Of a stretch of 64,000 nucleotides of DNA, positions 7,974-17,472 are shown in pieces. The stretch is from contig JBFXLE010000025.1 in NCBI GenBank assembly GCA_050173015.1, forward strand, positions 1 through 64,000. Direction: 5' to 3'. The notes below the pieces were generated by a model that worked only from the letters and a program-made list of their open reading frames with translations, did no database searches and had not been told where the DNA came from. Made by a program: the position numbers and the translations under genes. Source of the DNA: Calditrichaceae bacterium (GTDB taxonomy: Bacteria; Calditrichota; Calditrichia; Calditrichales; JBFXGD01). Position 1 is the first letter of the stretch. The number at the start of each line of letters is the position of its first letter.

Positions 7974-8813
7974 ATGAAAACGATTATTTCCGCGTCCCGG
8001 AGAACAGATATTCCGGCCTTTTATTTACCCTGGCTTCTTAAAGTTTTACGTGAAGGCAGGCTGGAAGTTTGCAATCCATTCTATCCAAAAAACATCAGGC
8101 GGGTTGATCTTACTCCGGAAAAAGTAGCCTGGTTTGTGTTCTGGTCACGTAACTATCAGCATTTTATAAAACTCCGGCATGAGTTTGATGAATTTGAAAC
8201 CTTTTTTCATTTTACCATACTGCCGAAATCAAAATTAGAGAAAAACGGCCTATCCCCGGATAAGGCTCTACATCAGCTTGAACAGTTGTCCGCATTCTAT
8301 GGTCCGGAAAGAATCATTTGGCGGTATGATCCTATCGCCCACTGGCGGGAGGGCGTCAATATGCTGAGCAATCATAATCCCGCCGCATTCGATGATCTCT
8401 GCCGCCGTGTGAGCCAAACAGGAGTAAAAACATGCTATACGAGCTTCGCGAATCCCTACAAAAAATTCATTTCCCGTTTTAAAGAAAAATTCCCGACGGA
8501 CAGGATTATCTCCGCCGATCGGGAGAGACGGACACATGTGATCTCAGTGATGGCGGAAACCGCCGCTCAATACGGGATCAGAATTCATTCCTGCTGTGAT
8601 GATCAGCTGCTAAATTTGAATGAGATTCAGAAAGGCCGTTGTATTGATGGAAATTTATTAAACAAACTATCCGGGAATCAAAAAGTCTCATCGGCAAAAA
8701 TGCCCACGCGAACAGATTGCGGGTGTACAAAGTCGATTGACATCGGCGATTATCTCGCTCAGCCGTGCCACTTTGGATGTATCTACTGCTATGCCAATCC
8801 CATATGGAAATAA
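7974..8813 (+). CDS. DUF1848 family protein (C-terminal radical-SAM-like CxxxCxxC)
   Basis: IISASRRTDIPAFY, WRYDPI, CGCTKSIDIGDY...CHFGCIYCYAN. Confidence 0.88.
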   Translation: MKTIISASRRTDIPAFYLPWLLKVLREGRLEVCNPFYPKNIRRVDLTPEKVAWFVFWSRNYQHFIKLRHEFDEFETFFHFTILPKSKLEKNGLSPDKALHQLEQLSAFYGPERIIWRYDPIAHWREGVNMLSNHNPAAFDDLCRRVSQTGVKTCYTSFANPYKKFISRFKEKFPTDRIISADRERRTHVISVMAETAAQYGIRIHSCCDDQLLNLNEIQKGRCIDGNLLNKLSGNQKVSSAKMPTRTDCGCTKSIDIGDYLAQPCHFGCIYCYANPIWK

Positions 8814-8950
8814 CAATCCGTATTTCTTCTTAATCCCTGTAGGACTAACAGCAGTATTTTATTGATTTTTAAGGCATTATCCAATCTCCGGACTTTCCTG
8901 ATATTCATATAATCCTGTATGGCAGTTACGATTCTGAAATATTAATAATC

Positions 8951-8979
8951 TTGACTCTATTCAGCAAAATATATAAGTT
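8951..8979 (+). promoter_or_regulatory. Possible sigma70-type promoter for rpoN
   Basis: TTGACT-N17-TAAGTT about 80 nt upstream of the rpoN start. Confidence 0.35.
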
Positions 8980-9060
8980 ACTACATAAATTATGCCAATT
9001 TAATTATTCTGTATTTCAGAGATTGCATTTAAGATAGAAATCCGGAGGAAATCATCATAT

Positions 9061-10530
9061 ATGATTAATCTTTCTCAAAATCTTCGATTAGAACAGCGCC
9101 TGACTCCTCAGCAGATCCTGCTTTCAACTCTATTACAGCTGCCCCTGCTAAGTCTTGAACAAAAAATAAAAAGTGAGCTGGAATTAAATCCTGTTCTTGA
9201 AGAGGGCGACGAAGAAGACGAACAGCTACAGGAAGACATTATAGAAAGCACAGAAGAGGAGATCGCAGAAGTTGAGGAAGAACTGGAACTGCATGAGAAA
9301 AAATCGGACAAGGATGATGATTATGATCGCAAAGAAATCGAAGACGCTCAAAAGGATAACGATCTCGAGAATTTTCTGAATGATGAGGACGCTTACGAAA
9401 TCCGTCTCCCGAAAGATAAGAACGATGATGACTATGAACGCCCGGAAATCAGCCAGAAAACACTGCCGGAACATCTCCTGGAACAAATGCATATTCTGAA
9501 TCTAAATGAGAAAGAACTCGCCATAGGCGAGTATCTTATCTGGAATATCCGTGATGACGGCTATCTTGATCAGTCAATTTCCGTAGATACGGTATCGGAA
9601 ATTTTTGAAGTAGATATAGCACAGGTTGAAAAAATACTCAGCATGATCCGGTCACTGGAACCAACGGGGGTTGGAAGCCGTGACTTGAGAGAATGTCTCC
9701 TGGTGCAGGTCTATGAACTTGAGAATCCCAATAAAACAGTGATCGAAATATTAAAAGACTATTTTGATGATTTTAAAAACAAGCGCTATGACAAGATAAT
9801 GGATGGACTGAAAATCACATCAGAGGAACTTCAGGAGGCCATCGATCAGATTTTGAGGCTGAATCCCAAACCCGGTGAAGGTATGTTTGATTCGCGCAGC
9901 AATTATATTGTACCCGACTTTATTGTGGAAGAAATTGACGGAGAATTTGTCGTATCTCTTAACGACTGGAACATTCCCCCGCTCAAAATCAGCAGTACTT
10001 ACAAAAAAATGTTGTTTGACCGTAAATCAACCGACAAAGAAACACGTCATTATATAAGAAAAAAAATTGAATCAGCCCGCTGGTTCATCACTTCCATTTA
10101 TCAGCGAAAAATGACTATGCTGAAGGTTATGGAAGCCATCCTGCAAAAGCAGATTGATTTTTTCAGAAAAGGCGCTGATCATATACGACCTTTAATAATG
10201 CGTGAAATTGCGGAGATGATTGAGATGGATATCTCAACCGTCAGCCGTGTCGCCAACGGGAAATATGTACAGACAGATTTTGGAGTTTTTGAACTAAAAT
10301 ACTTTTTTAATGAGCGGATTGAGACCGACGACGGTGATGAAATTTCAACAAGAATGATAAAAAACCGGATCAGGGATATTATTAAAGATGAAGATCCAAA
10401 AAAACCTTACAGTGACGACAAACTTTCAGTCATTCTAAAAAAAGAAGGATTTCCGGTTGCCCGGCGGACTGTCGCTAAATACCGCGAGCAGCTTCAGATA
10501 CCTGTCGCCAGACTGAGAAGAGGTCTTTGA
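9061..10530 (+). CDS. rpoN: RNA polymerase sigma-54 factor
   Basis: Gln/Leu-rich region I, acidic region II, HTH STVSRV, RpoN box ARRTVAKYRE; SD GGAGG. Confidence 0.98.
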   Translation: MINLSQNLRLEQRLTPQQILLSTLLQLPLLSLEQKIKSELELNPVLEEGDEEDEQLQEDIIESTEEEIAEVEEELELHEKKSDKDDDYDRKEIEDAQKDNDLENFLNDEDAYEIRLPKDKNDDDYERPEISQKTLPEHLLEQMHILNLNEKELAIGEYLIWNIRDDGYLDQSISVDTVSEIFEVDIAQVEKILSMIRSLEPTGVGSRDLRECLLVQVYELENPNKTVIEILKDYFDDFKNKRYDKIMDGLKITSEELQEAIDQILRLNPKPGEGMFDSRSNYIVPDFIVEEIDGEFVVSLNDWNIPPLKISSTYKKMLFDRKSTDKETRHYIRKKIESARWFITSIYQRKMTMLKVMEAILQKQIDFFRKGADHIRPLIMREIAEMIEMDISTVSRVANGKYVQTDFGVFELKYFFNERIETDDGDEISTRMIKNRIRDIIKDEDPKKPYSDDKLSVILKKEGFPVARRTVAKYREQLQIPVARLRRGL

Positions 10531-10700
10531 TTGGATTTTCATTTGTCATTACAACTATCCGCGGGTGACTGAATCCTACTGTTAACTCAAAAGCAATTTA
10601 ACGGGCCGTTCCGGAAATCCGGATTGATCCTGTTGATGAGAAGGAACAACGCGATCAGAACGGCATTCAAGTTTCCAAGGTAAAAAAAGAAGGAAAAAAA

Positions 10701-11249
10701 ATGATTGAACATAATCCCAATACATTTTACGCCACCACCATTCTCGGAATTAAACACGACGGGCAGATTGCTCTCGCCGGTGACGGACAGGTTACGCTGG
10801 GCAATACGGTGATGAAGCATTCCGCCCAAAAGATCCGCCGTTTATACAATCAAAAAATTCTGGCCGGTTTTGCCGGAGCCGCCGCGGACGCGTTCACACT
10901 GTTTGAAAGATTTGAAGAAAAACTAGAACGTTATTCCGGCAACTTGCCCAGGGCCGCGGTTGAGCTGGCCAAGGACTGGAGATCGGATCGGTATTTGCGC
11001 CGCCTTGAAGCATTGCTTGTGGTTATGGATAAAAATAATATCTTTGTTATATCGGGTACCGGTGAAATAATCGAACCGGATGACGGAATTGCCGCCATCG
11101 GTTCCGGAGGTCCTTACGCGCTGGCCGCGGCCAGAAGTTTAATCAAACACTCAAAGCTCAGCGTTGAAGAGATCGCGAGAGAATCACTACAGGTCGCCGC
11201 TGAAATTTGCATTTATACCAACGAACATATCAAAGTCGAAGTGCTTTAA
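10701..11249 (+). CDS. hslV: ATP-dependent protease, peptidase subunit HslV
   Basis: ATTILG...[40 protein letters not shown]. Confidence 0.97.
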   Translation: MIEHNPNTFYATTILGIKHDGQIALAGDGQVTLGNTVMKHSAQKIRRLYNQKILAGFAGAAADAFTLFERFEEKLERYSGNLPRAAVELAKDWRSDRYLRRLEALLVVMDKNNIFVISGTGEIIEPDDGIAAIGSGGPYALAAARSLIKHSKLSVEEIARESLQVAAEICIYTNEHIKVEVL

Positions 11250-11262
11250 ACGGAGTCTATCA

Positions 11263-12618
11263 ATGAAAGAATTTACACCGCATCAAATAGTTAAAGAATT
11301 AGATAAATATATTATCGGTCAGACAAAGGCAAAGAAAATGGTTGCTATCGCCCTGCGCAACCGCTGGCGCCGTCAGCAGGTCACGGGCGATCTTCGTGAC
11401 GAAATTATGCCTAACAACATTATTCTGATCGGACCGACAGGCGTCGGAAAAACAGAAATTTCAAGAAGGCTGGCTAAACTGGCAAACGCGCCGTTTATAA
11501 AAGTCGAAGCATCGAAATTCACAGAGGTTGGCTATGTGGGTCGTGATGTTGAATCGATTATACGTGATCTTGTGGAGATCGGAGTTCAACTGGTACGCGA
11601 AGAAAAATCAAAAGCGGTGGAATCAAAAGCCCGCGAATTAGCCCTCGAACGCATACTGGATATTCTGCTGCCGCCTATCACGGCAAAGCCTAAACCGGTG
11701 GGTGAGATGCAGGAAGAGGACGAACTGGAATTACGGCATCAACGCACGCGCGAAAAGTTAAGATCACAGTTGCTCGAAGGGAAATTGAATGACCGTCCCG
11801 TTGACATTGATGTGCCTGCCGACCGTACCCCAATGATGCAGATTTTTTCCCCTCTCGGCATCGAGGAAATGGGTCTTAATATTCAGGAAATGTTCGGCGG
11901 CATGATGCCGAAGAAATTCAAAAAACGCAAGACCACTGTGGCAGAAGCTGAAAAAATCTTTACACAGCAGGAAGCTCAGAAACTGATTGATATGGAAGAA
12001 GTAATGCGCGCGGCTATCAGCCGTGTAGAAAATTCCGGAATTGTGTTTTTAGATGAGATTGATAAAATAGCCGGTTCAAGCGGAGGTAAAGGCCCCGATG
12101 TCTCACGGGAAGGTGTTCAGAGGGATCTGCTGCCCATTGTTGAAGGTACTTCCGTGGTTACAAAATACGGAATGGTCAAAACCGATCATATTCTCTTTGT
12201 CGCCTCCGGCGCGTTCCATGTGAGTAAACCCTCAGACCTGATTCCCGAACTGCAGGGCCGTTTTCCCATACGCGTTGAGCTGAACAGTCTAACTGAAGAG
12301 GATTTTATCAGAATTCTTACGGAACCGCAAAACGCCTTGATAAAGCAATATACCGCTTTGCTGAACACTGAATCCGTGATCATGGATTTTACTGATGACG
12401 CCATCTCCGAAATCGCCAGAATCGCCACGCTCGTCAACACGCGCGCGGAAAACATCGGCGCCCGGAGGCTGCATACCATCATGTCCACGCTTCTTGAAGA
12501 GATTTTGTTTGATGTCCCTGAAAAACAATTTGATAAAATACACATCGACAGCAAAAAGGTTCAGGAAACACTAAAAGAGGTTGTTGAAGACGAAGATTTA
12601 AGCAGATATATATTGTAA
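11263..12618 (+). CDS. hslU: ATP-dependent protease, ATPase subunit HslU (start moved to ATG 11263)
   Basis: [10 protein letters not shown]..., Walker [37 protein letters not shown]-terminal LSRYIL; SD GGAG before 11263. Confidence 0.97.
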   Translation: MKEFTPHQIVKELDKYIIGQTKAKKMVAIALRNRWRRQQVTGDLRDEIMPNNIILIGPTGVGKTEISRRLAKLANAPFIKVEASKFTEVGYVGRDVESIIRDLVEIGVQLVREEKSKAVESKARELALERILDILLPPITAKPKPVGEMQEEDELELRHQRTREKLRSQLLEGKLNDRPVDIDVPADRTPMMQIFSPLGIEEMGLNIQEMFGGMMPKKFKKRKTTVAEAEKIFTQQEAQKLIDMEEVMRAAISRVENSGIVFLDEIDKIAGSSGGKGPDVSREGVQRDLLPIVEGTSVVTKYGMVKTDHILFVASGAFHVSKPSDLIPELQGRFPIRVELNSLTEEDFIRILTEPQNALIKQYTALLNTESVIMDFTDDAISEIARIATLVNTRAENIGARRLHTIMSTLLEEILFDVPEKQFDKIHIDSKKVQETLKEVVEDEDLSRYIL

Positions 12619-12732
12619 TTCACGGAAAAGCTGATTGCCCGATCCGTATTTAAATAGTATATTTGACGCTGAAAAATATAGTAAATCCGAATATGATATG
12701 GTTAAATAACATGCTAATCCTATGGAGGTTTT

Positions 12733-13644
12733 GTGAAGAAAGATTTTATATCAATCGCTGATTATTCACGGGAAGAGATTGAAGCGATTTTTGAGCTGAC
12801 CGCTGAATTGAAAGCAAAAACAAAAAGGAACGAAGAGCATCATATTTGTAAAGGCAAAACGATGTCTATGATTTTTGCCAAACCCTCTGCAAGAACACGT
12901 ATCTCATTTGAGACCGGAATGTATCAACTTGGCGGATACGCGCTCTATCTTTCCCCGAATGATATCGGTATCGGTAAACGTGAAGCGGTGAAAGACATCG
13001 CACAGGTCATTTCAAGATATAATGATATTATCATGGCGCGCCTTTTTGATCACGCGCATATGGTTGAAATGGCAAAATACGCCACGGTCCCCGTGGTCAA
13101 CGGTTTAACCGATTACAATCACCCCTGTCAGATCATGGCGGATATTTTTACAGTCAAAGAACACCGGACAAGCCTCGACAATGTCAAGATCACCTATATC
13201 GGGGATGGAAATAATATCGCCAATTCCTGGTTGAATCTCTCGGCCAAACTGCCTATGCATCTGGTGATCTGCTCGCCATCCGGTTATGAGCCGGATAAAG
13301 AAACCCTGGCTTACGCGCGGAACGCGGGAATCAGCAAGATAGAAGTGCTCAGTGATCCCGCAGCGGCAGTGAAAGATGCCGATGTTGTTTACACCGATGT
13401 TTGGGCAAGCATGGGTCAGGAAGCGGAGGCGCAGGAACGTAAAAAAATATTTATGCCATTCCAGGTCAACAGCAAACTGATGCAGCATGCCAGGAAAGAC
13501 GCATTAGTGATGCACTGTCTTCCGGCTCACCGCGGTGATGAAATAACCGATGAAGTGATCGACAGTAAACAGTCCATTGTATTCGATGAAGCCGAAAACC
13601 GTATGCATGTTCAGAAAGCAATTATCGCAAAATTACTTGATTAA
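12733..13644 (+). CDS. argF: Ornithine carbamoyltransferase
   Basis: KPSARTRISFE, HPCQ, GDGNN, DVWASMG, HCLP, EAENR; GTG start with SD GGAGG. Confidence 0.93.
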   Translation: MKKDFISIADYSREEIEAIFELTAELKAKTKRNEEHHICKGKTMSMIFAKPSARTRISFETGMYQLGGYALYLSPNDIGIGKREAVKDIAQVISRYNDIIMARLFDHAHMVEMAKYATVPVVNGLTDYNHPCQIMADIFTVKEHRTSLDNVKITYIGDGNNIANSWLNLSAKLPMHLVICSPSGYEPDKETLAYARNAGISKIEVLSDPAAAVKDADVVYTDVWASMGQEAEAQERKKIFMPFQVNSKLMQHARKDALVMHCLPAHRGDEITDEVIDSKQSIVFDEAENRMHVQKAIIAKLLD

Positions 13645-13712
13645 TAATCTTAAACGGACTTTCCTGAGATATATTTTTGACGGAGAGTCCGTTTTATTAT
13701 AACCAGAATCCG

Positions 13713-14684
13713 ATGCCCATGAAGAATACCATTGTTAGATTTACAAAATCCGATGAAGAGTGGTGGGATGAATATGTCTGGAACGCGGATAACGGAAATA
13801 TTTTTCAAACCCGCCGATTTTTAAGTTATCATCCCGTAGACCGGTTTACCGACCATTCGTTGATCATTAAACAAAAAAACACCATAAAAGCCATCCTCCC
13901 GGCCATCGAAATAATGATGGATAAGGACAAAGTGCTTTATTCCCATCGCGGCGCTTCTTATGGCGGTTTTGTTTACAAAGACGCGGGAATCAGAGATGCC
14001 TTTGATTATGTGGATCTTACAAAGAAATACGCGAAAGACCATGGATTTAACCGGATTCTAATCACTCCCCCGCCGATCGTATATATGGGTAAATATTCAA
14101 ATTATTTCGATTTTGCTTTTTTACAAAGCGGATTCCGGTATCTAAAAAGAGAGATTTCCAGCGTCGTTCAGTTCCCGTCATCAAAAGGTGACATCTTATC
14201 AATGTTCCGATCCGAGGCCCGGACAGCTACAAGGAAATCAATTAAATCCGGTGTCCGTATCCGGTTGAGTGATGACTATGACAGTTATTATGAAATCCTT
14301 AAACAAAATTTGAAACTCAGACATAACGTCAACCCGACGCATTCACTGGAGGAGCTAAAAAAACTTGTAGCGCTCTTCCCGGACCGTATTCATCTCTGGG
14401 GCGCTTACCTCGATGGTAAAATGATCGCCGGTGTGGTTAATTTTATCACCACGGACAAGGTCGTTTTGGCGTTTTATATCAGTGATAATAAGGAGTTTCA
14501 GGAGTACCGGTCTGTGAACCATCTGTTTTATCATATTTTTCAATGGTGTATTGATCGCCGCTACACATTTTATGATTTCGGAATTTTTACGGTCAATATG
14601 GATCCAAACTGGGGCCTGGGTAAGTTCAAAGAGAGCTTTGGCGCCCGCGGACTATTCAGAGATACGTTTGAGCTGTTAATCTGA
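13713..14684 (+). CDS. FemAB-like/GNAT-domain protein (start uncertain: 13677, 13713 or 13719)
   Basis: WDEYV...FLSYH, SYGG, HSLEEL, YDFG...GLGKFKESFGA; double-GNAT pattern typical of polysaccharide loci. Confidence 0.75.
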   Translation: MPMKNTIVRFTKSDEEWWDEYVWNADNGNIFQTRRFLSYHPVDRFTDHSLIIKQKNTIKAILPAIEIMMDKDKVLYSHRGASYGGFVYKDAGIRDAFDYVDLTKKYAKDHGFNRILITPPPIVYMGKYSNYFDFAFLQSGFRYLKREISSVVQFPSSKGDILSMFRSEARTATRKSIKSGVRIRLSDDYDSYYEILKQNLKLRHNVNPTHSLEELKKLVALFPDRIHLWGAYLDGKMIAGVVNFITTDKVVLAFYISDNKEFQEYRSVNHLFYHIFQWCIDRRYTFYDFGIFTVNMDPNWGLGKFKESFGARGLFRDTFELLI

Positions 14685-14724
14685 CCGAATCTTTACGAAC
14701 ATCCGAAATTATCTGCAGGGAATT

Positions 14725-16134
14725 ATGATAAAAATTTCCAAAAGTATCCGTGATTTATCGATCTATCTCTTTACCGGTGGTATTGTAAGACTTCTACCTC
14801 TCATCGCTCTGCCATTTATCGCCGCTTATCTTTCCCCTGAAGATTTTGGTATTTTCTCGCTCTATCGATTGTATATCGCCCTGGGAAGCGCCTTATTACT
14901 GATGGGTATGGAACAGGGGCTGTTCAGATTTATTGCCGGCCAGCCCGAACAAATCAGGAACAAATTAATCAGCACCGCTACTTTACTTATTTTCATCATC
15001 TCGATACTGTTAGTTTTTGTGATGATCACTCATAAAAATTTATTTCAGCTGATTCTCTTCACGGAAAACCATCATCAGGGAATCTATCTTCTTCCTGTCC
15101 TGATTTTACTGACCACCGAGTCAACTCTTCTTATCACCGTTTTAAAGGCTGAGCGAAGAACCAGGCGGTTTCTGATCATTACACTGACTCAGAGTATATC
15201 CTTCATTACTGTTTTCCTGGCCGGTCTGGCGATGGGTTTTGGTTTATCCGCATTTTTCACGGCCTATATTGTTTCAGAAATATCTGTTTATATGCTATCC
15301 GGTGAGATGCTCAGGAAAGCGATTTCCGCCGGATTTGATTTAAGTCTTCTGGGAAAACTATTAAGAATCGGATTACCGCTGATGGGTGTGGCCATAGCCA
15401 ATTTACTTTTATATCAGACGGATCACTATCTTATTAAGACCATACTAGATGTGGAGTCCACGGGAATCTACAACTACGGCTACAAATTCGCGGCCGTTTC
15501 CGGGATGTTTGTTGTCCTTATTAACAATGTCTGGATGCCCAGGCTTTTTGAGAAAGGAAACGCTTACGACAGTGATTTTATAAAAGAATTTTCAACTCTC
15601 GTTATGATGGCGTGCACCGGCATTTACCTTTTAATCGTTACCTTCTTCAGATACGGGGGAAGTTTGTTAATCCCGCCGGGGTTTGAAAAATCGTTTCAGG
15701 TTTTGATTATAGCGGGATTTGGCTATCTCTTTTACTCACATGTTCAGATATTGGATACGCTGCTGATTTTACGAAAAAAAACGCTGTATCTCTTCATAAT
15801 TTCGATTGTTTCTCTGGTTATCAATTTTATTTTAAATCTTGTCCTGATTCCCAAATACGGAATGCCCGGCGCTGCCGCGGTCACCACATTCAGCTTTTTT
15901 ATTTCCTGGATTCTGATCTTGTTGTATCTTGGAATTTATGAGAAAAATCTCTTTTCGTACAAAGTGATTATCGAATTTTTGGTTGTAATCATCCCCGCGG
16001 TCACGACGATTCTTTTCTCCTCATCGCTTCTTAGTTTCTTTTTGTTTATTGCCGTGTTTCTGTTTGTCATTCTCAGGAACAAATTGTTCCGTTCGCTGAT
16101 AAGTTCCATCAAGGTTTCTGCGGATGATATCTAA
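14725..16134 (+). CDS. Wzx-like oligosaccharide flippase (MOP superfamily)
   Basis: Many TM segments; LSPEDFGIF, TDHYLI...GIYNYGYKF, LNLVLIPKYGMPGAAAVT. Confidence 0.85.
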   Translation: MIKISKSIRDLSIYLFTGGIVRLLPLIALPFIAAYLSPEDFGIFSLYRLYIALGSALLLMGMEQGLFRFIAGQPEQIRNKLISTATLLIFIISILLVFVMITHKNLFQLILFTENHHQGIYLLPVLILLTTESTLLITVLKAERRTRRFLIITLTQSISFITVFLAGLAMGFGLSAFFTAYIVSEISVYMLSGEMLRKAISAGFDLSLLGKLLRIGLPLMGVAIANLLLYQTDHYLIKTILDVESTGIYNYGYKFAAVSGMFVVLINNVWMPRLFEKGNAYDSDFIKEFSTLVMMACTGIYLLIVTFFRYGGSLLIPPGFEKSFQVLIIAGFGYLFYSHVQILDTLLILRKKTLYLFIISIVSLVINFILNLVLIPKYGMPGAAAVTTFSFFISWILILLYLGIYEKNLFSYKVIIEFLVVIIPAVTTILFSSSLLSFFLFIAVFLFVILRNKLFRSLISSIKVSADDI

Positions 16135-17238
16135 ATAAATTTCAGATTCTTTTTCCCATGTATATTTTCCCTTTATTTTTTCTAATTTTTTTTCAAAACG
16201 TTGTCTGTTTTCATTTATAAGCATTTTGCGGATGGCTTCTTTTATTTCTTCTACAGAATCGGGTTTTACCGCATAGCCGATCTCTTCTTTCTCGATGATA
16301 TTCCTGATTTCAGGATAATTACTTCCAATCACCGGTACTCCGGCCTGGATGTATTCAAAAAGTTTATTTGGTAACGCATGATAATAACTTAACCCTTTTC
16401 CGGCGATGGTAGTGAATCCGATATCGGCGGATTGCGTAAATTTATAGAGCTCATTAAAAGGCACCGCATGAATAAAAACGACACTTTTTTTTAGCCGGTA
16501 TTCCCTGGTCAGGTTTTTTAAATAATCTTTGTACGGGCCGTCTCCCACTATAAATAATATCATTCCGCTGATCCCGGCCATCGCCTTCAGAATATATTCA
16601 ATGCCTCTGCCCTTAAATACCATCCCCTGATAAATCCCGATTTTAATATCGGCCGGCACACCATATGTCACTCGCAAATAATTCTCATGAAATGTCTCCG
16701 ATGGATCGGGTATATTTCTGACCACCTCCGGTTCATTTTCAAGGCGATATATTTTCCGCAGGTAAGTCGCGTCCGATTTGCAAACCATGAATATATCCGA
16801 CGCCTTCCCAATAGCCCATTTTTCATAGAAAAACCAGATTTTTCTTTTTACCGGATTGTCCGCGATGGCATTCACTCCCTGGAATAACTCCACACTGTCA
16901 TAGATATAGTTGCAGGGATGTATTATTTTCTTAATTCTCAGTGGAAGTAAAGGATAAACATCGTATGAGATAAACAAATCCGCCTTTTGCCTAAGAACCC
17001 AGCTTAAAGATTTCAGAAAAAATTCCGCGAAATACAAAAGTCCTTTCTTAAAGCGCAGCTCCAAAAACTGGAGATTGATACCTTCCCATATATTCAGATC
17101 AAGCCGTCGGTTTCTTGTGGCAAGCACAACAAGATTCGGATATTGTTTTTTCAATGTCATAACTTTCCGGTGAAGATTCGCTTCATAAATTAAATCGGAG
17201 ATCGTTAAAATGACTATTTTTGTGTCTGGCTTCATCAT
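16021..17238 (-). CDS. Glycosyltransferase family 4 (GT-B fold)
   Basis: YQG...GRGIE, IVGDGP, ALPNKLFEYIQAGVPVIGS, YTWEKE. Confidence 0.9.
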   Translation of the reverse strand: MMKPDTKIVILTISDLIYEANLHRKVMTLKKQYPNLVVLATRNRRLDLNIWEGINLQFLELRFKKGLLYFAEFFLKSLSWVLRQKADLFISYDVYPLLPLRIKKIIHPCNYIYDSVELFQGVNAIADNPVKRKIWFFYEKWAIGKASDIFMVCKSDATYLRKIYRLENEPEVVRNIPDPSETFHENYLRVTYGVPADIKIGIYQGMVFKGRGIEYILKAMAGISGMILFIVGDGPYKDYLKNLTREYRLKKSVVFIHAVPFNELYKFTQSADIGFTTIAGKGLSYYHALPNKLFEYIQAGVPVIGSNYPEIRNIIEKEEIGYAVKPDSVEEIKEAIRKMLINENRQRFEKKLEKIKGKYTWEKESEIYLDIIRRNLDGTYQRTEQFVPENDKQKHGNKQKETKKR

Positions 17239-17472
17239 TGGCAGTCACCTTTGTGTTATCCATGAACAGATATCCGAATCGGAAATCCTATCAACCTAAA
17301 ATTTATCAATTCAATCTGTCATATACAAGAAGCGATATTATTTCCGGTAAATATTAATAATGCGTTTTTTTTGTTCAAGAATGCTTAAAAATGCCTGTAA
17401 AGATGAAGCCGGCAGTTTTTTTATGGGAGGAGTCAGTCGACAGATATTTTTCACATAAACGCGGATTTCTGA

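Noticed and set aside
10701-10733. HslV N-terminal extension before the catalytic Thr as a novelty
   Set aside because: Short propeptide-like leaders before TT are common in HslV proteins.
11164-11262. N-terminal extension of HslU in the ORF track
   Set aside because: It overlaps hslV; homology and an SD point to ATG 11263.
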